Virus record (IMG/VR): IMGVR_UViG_3300033753_000202
Direction: 5' to 3' (one strand)
DNA length: 45,901 bases
Source of the DNA: an uncultured virus (IMG/VR IMGVR_UViG_3300033753_000202)
Taxonomy: Duplodnaviria > Heunggongvirae > Uroviricota > Caudoviricetes
Within the stretch, counting starts at the first letter, position 1. Each line of letters begins with the position of its first letter. Positions 42,746 through 45,901 of this stretch are shown here, one piece after another. The notes under the pieces are model-generated. The model had not been told where the DNA came from. It worked only from the letters and a program-made list of their open reading frames with translations, and made no database searches. The position numbers were made by a program, and so were the translations under genes.

Positions 42746-42983
42746 TGGGTTTGATATGTATTATCAGTTCTCGGATTGGTTGAACGGGGCGACAGAAGCG
42801 GAGAAACGGCAGTTTGTCAATGCCGCTCTGGGGGATCATCGTGAGTTGCAGAATGATCTGTTCTACCTGTTTCTCGGTTGTGTTCAGGGTTGGGCGCGAG
42901 CAGGAAGGGTAGGTAATTTCGACGCACGGAATGCGCATGCGGTGCAAGCGAGTACGGTGATCGCACAAACACTGAAATTGTAG
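42729..42983 (+). CDS. Small hypothetical protein
   Basis: AGGAGG RBS favours the GTG at 42729. Confidence 0.6.
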   Translation: MAKRVNGFDMYYQFSDWLNGATEAEKRQFVNAALGDHRELQNDLFYLFLGCVQGWARAGRVGNFDARNAHAVQASTVIAQTLKL

Positions 42984-43065
42984 GACTTACCCCTAATATA
43001 CTTTATGATGGGTCTTGTGACACAGCTCACATAAGGTATATTTTATCTAGCTGGAGGGGTAGTTC

Positions 43066-43620
43066 ATGAAAAAGTCTCGCCAAAAGCTCTTGGCGCTTGG
43101 GGTAGTTGCACTTAGCTTGGTGATCGCTGTAGGTATCGCAGTTGCAGGGTCGTGGTGGGGTAAGGATGAGGAACAGGTTGCTGAGGGGAGCTATGAAGCC
43201 TTCGATCCGAATAGCAAACCGTCAACTGATAGTGAATCGGTTCCATTCGATCTTGCGGAGCTTCGCAAGCAAGGGAAGCCGATCCTCATTGATTTTACTG
43301 CCACTTGGTGTATCCCTTGTAAAACGTTCAATCCGATCTTGAATGAGGTCAAAGAAGAGTACGCGGATAAGGTTATTATCGAGCTGGTGGACGTCGACAA
43401 GTATCGCAGTTTTGCTACCTATTACCCCCTGAGGGGTATTCCGTCGCAACTCTTGTATAATAGCGACGGGGAACCGTTTATTCCGCAAAATGCGGAGGTT
43501 AGCGGTTTGTTTGGTTTTCGGACTTTCCGTTCGGGGGAAGAGATTGTGACTCTGCATGAAGGAACTCTTTCGAAGGAAAGTTTGTTGGTACTTCTTGAGC
43601 GAATGGGGTTAGAGTTATGA
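43066..43620 (+). CDS. Membrane-anchored extracytoplasmic thioredoxin-family protein
   Basis: N-terminal TM, 'LIDFTATWCIPCK' (CxxC) and cis-Pro 'GIPS'. Confidence 0.9.
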   Translation: MKKSRQKLLALGVVALSLVIAVGIAVAGSWWGKDEEQVAEGSYEAFDPNSKPSTDSESVPFDLAELRKQGKPILIDFTATWCIPCKTFNPILNEVKEEYADKVIIELVDVDKYRSFATYYPLRGIPSQLLYNSDGEPFIPQNAEVSGLFGFRTFRSGEEIVTLHEGTLSKESLLVLLERMGLEL

Positions 43621-44330
43621 TTACGTCTTGGTTGGAGCAACTTTCCCTGTTCTTCTATCAATCTTCCCCATTCGCTTTTGTTATCGCTGTGGTAGCGGGG
43701 GTGCTTACGGCGTTCACGCCTTGTTCGCTTTCTACGGTTCCGCTCGTTCTCGCCTATTTTGGTGGGACTTCGGAGCGTTCCACGCGGTCTACGTTATCCA
43801 TCGTCGCTTTTTTGACGATGGGTTTCGTGCTTTTTAGCACCGTTTTGGGTGTGGTGATCGCGCTTACGGGTCGAATGTTAACAATTCAATGGAACATGCC
43901 CTACGTTTACCTTGTCTTGGGGATACTGCTTGTGCTTATGGCGGTTCAGACGTGGGGTATTTGGGAAATTATCCCTTCGACTTACCTGCAGTCGAAGGTC
44001 AAACGTAAGGATCGCGTCGGTGCTTTTTTGGTTGGTGGATTAAGCGCTGTCTTTTCGTCACCCTGTACGACCCCGGTAACGGTAGCCTTGTTAGCGGGGG
44101 TATCGTTGCAAGGGGATTGGTTAGCGGGGGCGGGGTACTTAGCTTTATACGCACTTGGACATGCGGTGGTTTATCCTACTGTGGCGTTTGCCGCGAAGGG
44201 GGTTAAACGACTTCAGCGCAGTCCGGTGATGCAAAAGTATGTGTTCTCTTTGAATCTCGTTCTTGGTCTTCTATTTTTCGCTTTTGGTACTTATTTAGTC
44301 TCTTTGTTTTTCACGACACGTTTGTTATAA
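43617..44330 (+). CDS. ccdA: CcdA/DsbD-type transmembrane thiol-disulfide reductase
   Basis: About six TMs with the two conserved 'PC' motifs, 'AFTPCSL..VP' and 'SSPCTTPV'. Confidence 0.88.
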   Translation: MITSWLEQLSLFFYQSSPFAFVIAVVAGVLTAFTPCSLSTVPLVLAYFGGTSERSTRSTLSIVAFLTMGFVLFSTVLGVVIALTGRMLTIQWNMPYVYLVLGILLVLMAVQTWGIWEIIPSTYLQSKVKRKDRVGAFLVGGLSAVFSSPCTTPVTVALLAGVSLQGDWLAGAGYLALYALGHAVVYPTVAFAAKGVKRLQRSPVMQKYVFSLNLVLGLLFFAFGTYLVSLFFTTRLL

Positions 44331-44490
44331 TATTAGCGACTGGAAGAATCGAGATTCAATATATTGAGAAATGATGTGACTAATGATGTAACTTTTTAGT
44401 AGGTACATGGTTCGTTTGGAGGGGAGTAATATGTTTAATAAAAGTCAGCGATGGTTCAAGAAGGAAATGTAACGAATTGAAAAAGAACAA

Positions 44491-45273
44491 ATGAATCGAC
44501 AGGAGGTTCGTAGTTACATGGAAGATAAACATTTCAAGGGGCATTATTCGGGCGACAAATTAAGTCTAAGTCCGTTTGCGAAGTTTCTAAGAGTTGTAAT
44601 GTTCATAATTATTGGTGTTTACTGCTTTCTTGGCTTTTTAGGTGCTACTATTGATGAGCATAAAGTATCTGCTTTCGTCTTGATTCTGGTGGGCTTAAAT
44701 ATGATTCTTTTATTATTTGGTTTGATAATTCCTGGTCTGGTTATCAGAGGTTATAATAGAACGAGGAGGAAAGTTCTTGCTGTTTACGGTTCATCTTTTA
44801 TCTTACTTATTATTATGTTTATCGTAACCGCCCCTTCAAATATAGCACCTACCATTGACATTAACCAAAAAGCCGTTCCGGTTACGACTACCCAGAACGC
44901 GTCGGAGAGTATGGAGGAATATAAAAGTTCTGCCAAACATATTCAATACATCGAATTGGCAAGAAACCCAGATAACTACAAGACCAAGCGAGTTGTTTAT
45001 ACAGGTAAAGTTATTCAAACGCTTGAGTTAGGAATAGGAAACAATGTTGTTTTGTTGGTCAACGTTACTAAAGGTGAATACGGGCTGTGGGATGATACGG
45101 TTTATGTAAATTATCGTAGGTCAGATGGGGAAAGTCGAATTCTTGAAAATGATATTATTACGTTATGGGGTACTGTTAAAGGGCTAAAAACCTACAAGTC
45201 TGTATTGGGAGCCAAAATTACCATACCCGAAATTGATGCGAAGTACATTACAATTGATGGCCACGAAGAGTAA
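44491..45273 (+). CDS. AT-rich membrane protein with 3 TMs and a C-terminal extracytoplasmic OB-fold-like (TcdC-like) domain
   Basis: 'YIELARNPDNYK..RVVYTGKVIQ...ILENDIITLWGTVKG..TY.SVLG..ITIP'. An alternative start at ATG 44518 has an AGGAGG RBS. Confidence 0.7.
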   Translation: MNRQEVRSYMEDKHFKGHYSGDKLSLSPFAKFLRVVMFIIIGVYCFLGFLGATIDEHKVSAFVLILVGLNMILLLFGLIIPGLVIRGYNRTRRKVLAVYGSSFILLIIMFIVTAPSNIAPTIDINQKAVPVTTTQNASESMEEYKSSAKHIQYIELARNPDNYKTKRVVYTGKVIQTLELGIGNNVVLLVNVTKGEYGLWDDTVYVNYRRSDGESRILENDIITLWGTVKGLKTYKSVLGAKITIPEIDAKYITIDGHEE

Positions 45274-45434
45274 AATTCCCTATGGAAAAAGAATCCATAG
45301 TTGCGGAAGGAATTTGCGGCTTTATGGCGAATGTTGAAAAAGTTGCGGAGGACGATGGCATTAGGTTCTCAAAAATTAAGAAAGGACTTCTTTCACGGTT
45401 ACTATATAATCAATAAGCTAAGGAGCGATTCATC

Positions 45435-45901
45435 ATGAGTAAAGTTGTCAAACGTCTGTTCTGCACCATCCTTCTGTTGACGCTGGTCATCAGCCCCGTT
45501 TCGGCTTTCGCCGCCGACACCAAATCGTCGGGCGAATCCTCCAACTCAACGCATCAAATCATCGACGGCTACAGCTACTCCAACGAGGCGGTTTACATCC
45601 TCGACGAGATCAACCGCTATCGTCGTGACATGGGTCTGCCTGAGGTGAAACTCGATCCGGTCATTACGGAAGCCGCTCAAAATCATGCTGATTATCTTGA
45701 AAAGAATGATACGACAGGGCATGCTGAATTGAAAGGAAAGCCCGGTTTTACTGGGGCGAGTCATACGGAACGTATAAAGGCTGTGGGTGGAAATAAATAT
45801 TTGTTGGACAATCAGTATTTTCTTCCTCAAGAAGTTATTTCTTATAACTCTTTAGATAGAGTTGTCGAGTCTTTGATTTATTTGCCATATCATCGTGCGC
45901 C
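45435..45901 (+). CDS. Secreted CAP/SCP-domain protein, truncated by the window end (absent from the ORF track)
   Basis: AAGGAG RBS; MSKVVKRLFCTILLLTLVISPVSAFA signal; 'LDEINRYRRDMGLPEVKLDPVITEAAQNHADYL...GHAE...GFTG...ERI' and a terminal 'PYHRA'. Confidence 0.85.
   Translation, partial: MSKVVKRLFCTILLLTLVISPVSAFAADTKSSGESSNSTHQIIDGYSYSNEAVYILDEINRYRRDMGLPEVKLDPVITEAAQNHADYLEKNDTTGHAELKGKPGFTGASHTERIKAVGGNKYLLDNQYFLPQEVISYNSLDRVVESLIYLPYHRA

Noticed and set aside
45282..45416. 44-codon ORF and short AGTTGCGGA direct repeat
   Set aside because: No RBS, it overlaps the likely promoter region of the CAP gene, and two short copies are insufficient.
1..45901. tRNA, rRNA, transposase, integrase or virion structural genes
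   Set aside because: None recognised by eye in the intergenic regions or ORFs.

Overview
A gene-dense 45.9 kb stretch in which every credible gene lies on the + strand. It looks like one replichore of a large extrachromosomal element (megaplasmid or phage-plasmid) of a Bacillota host; the host assignment rests on GGAGG ribosome-binding sites and sigmaA-type promoters. The left half carries divergent DNA-metabolism genes: a GyrA/ParC C-terminal part, a DnaB-like helicase, a stand-alone CHC2 primase zinc finger, a RuvC-like resolvase, a truncated LigA-like ligase and an ATP-grasp protein. It also has a ParMRC-like partition cassette with phased TGTCC/GGACA repeats, a VirB2-like plus VirD4/HerA-like ATPase module and a stand-alone EAL protein. 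The right half is a ~22 kb Tad/Flp-like pilus locus: a 2863-aa secreted protein with two glycine-rich domains, an M23 peptidase, CpaB-, TadZ-, TadA- and fused TadB/C-like genes, and seven atypical pilin-like genes. It is followed by a thioredoxin-CcdA pair, an AT-rich inserted gene and a partial CAP-domain gene. The most striking unexplained signal is the hexamer GGGGTA, strongly over-represented and strand-polarised (about 118 copies on + versus about 6 on -, counted by eye), alongside near-absence of GGCC. All protein assignments are from motif recognition by eye, not database searches.
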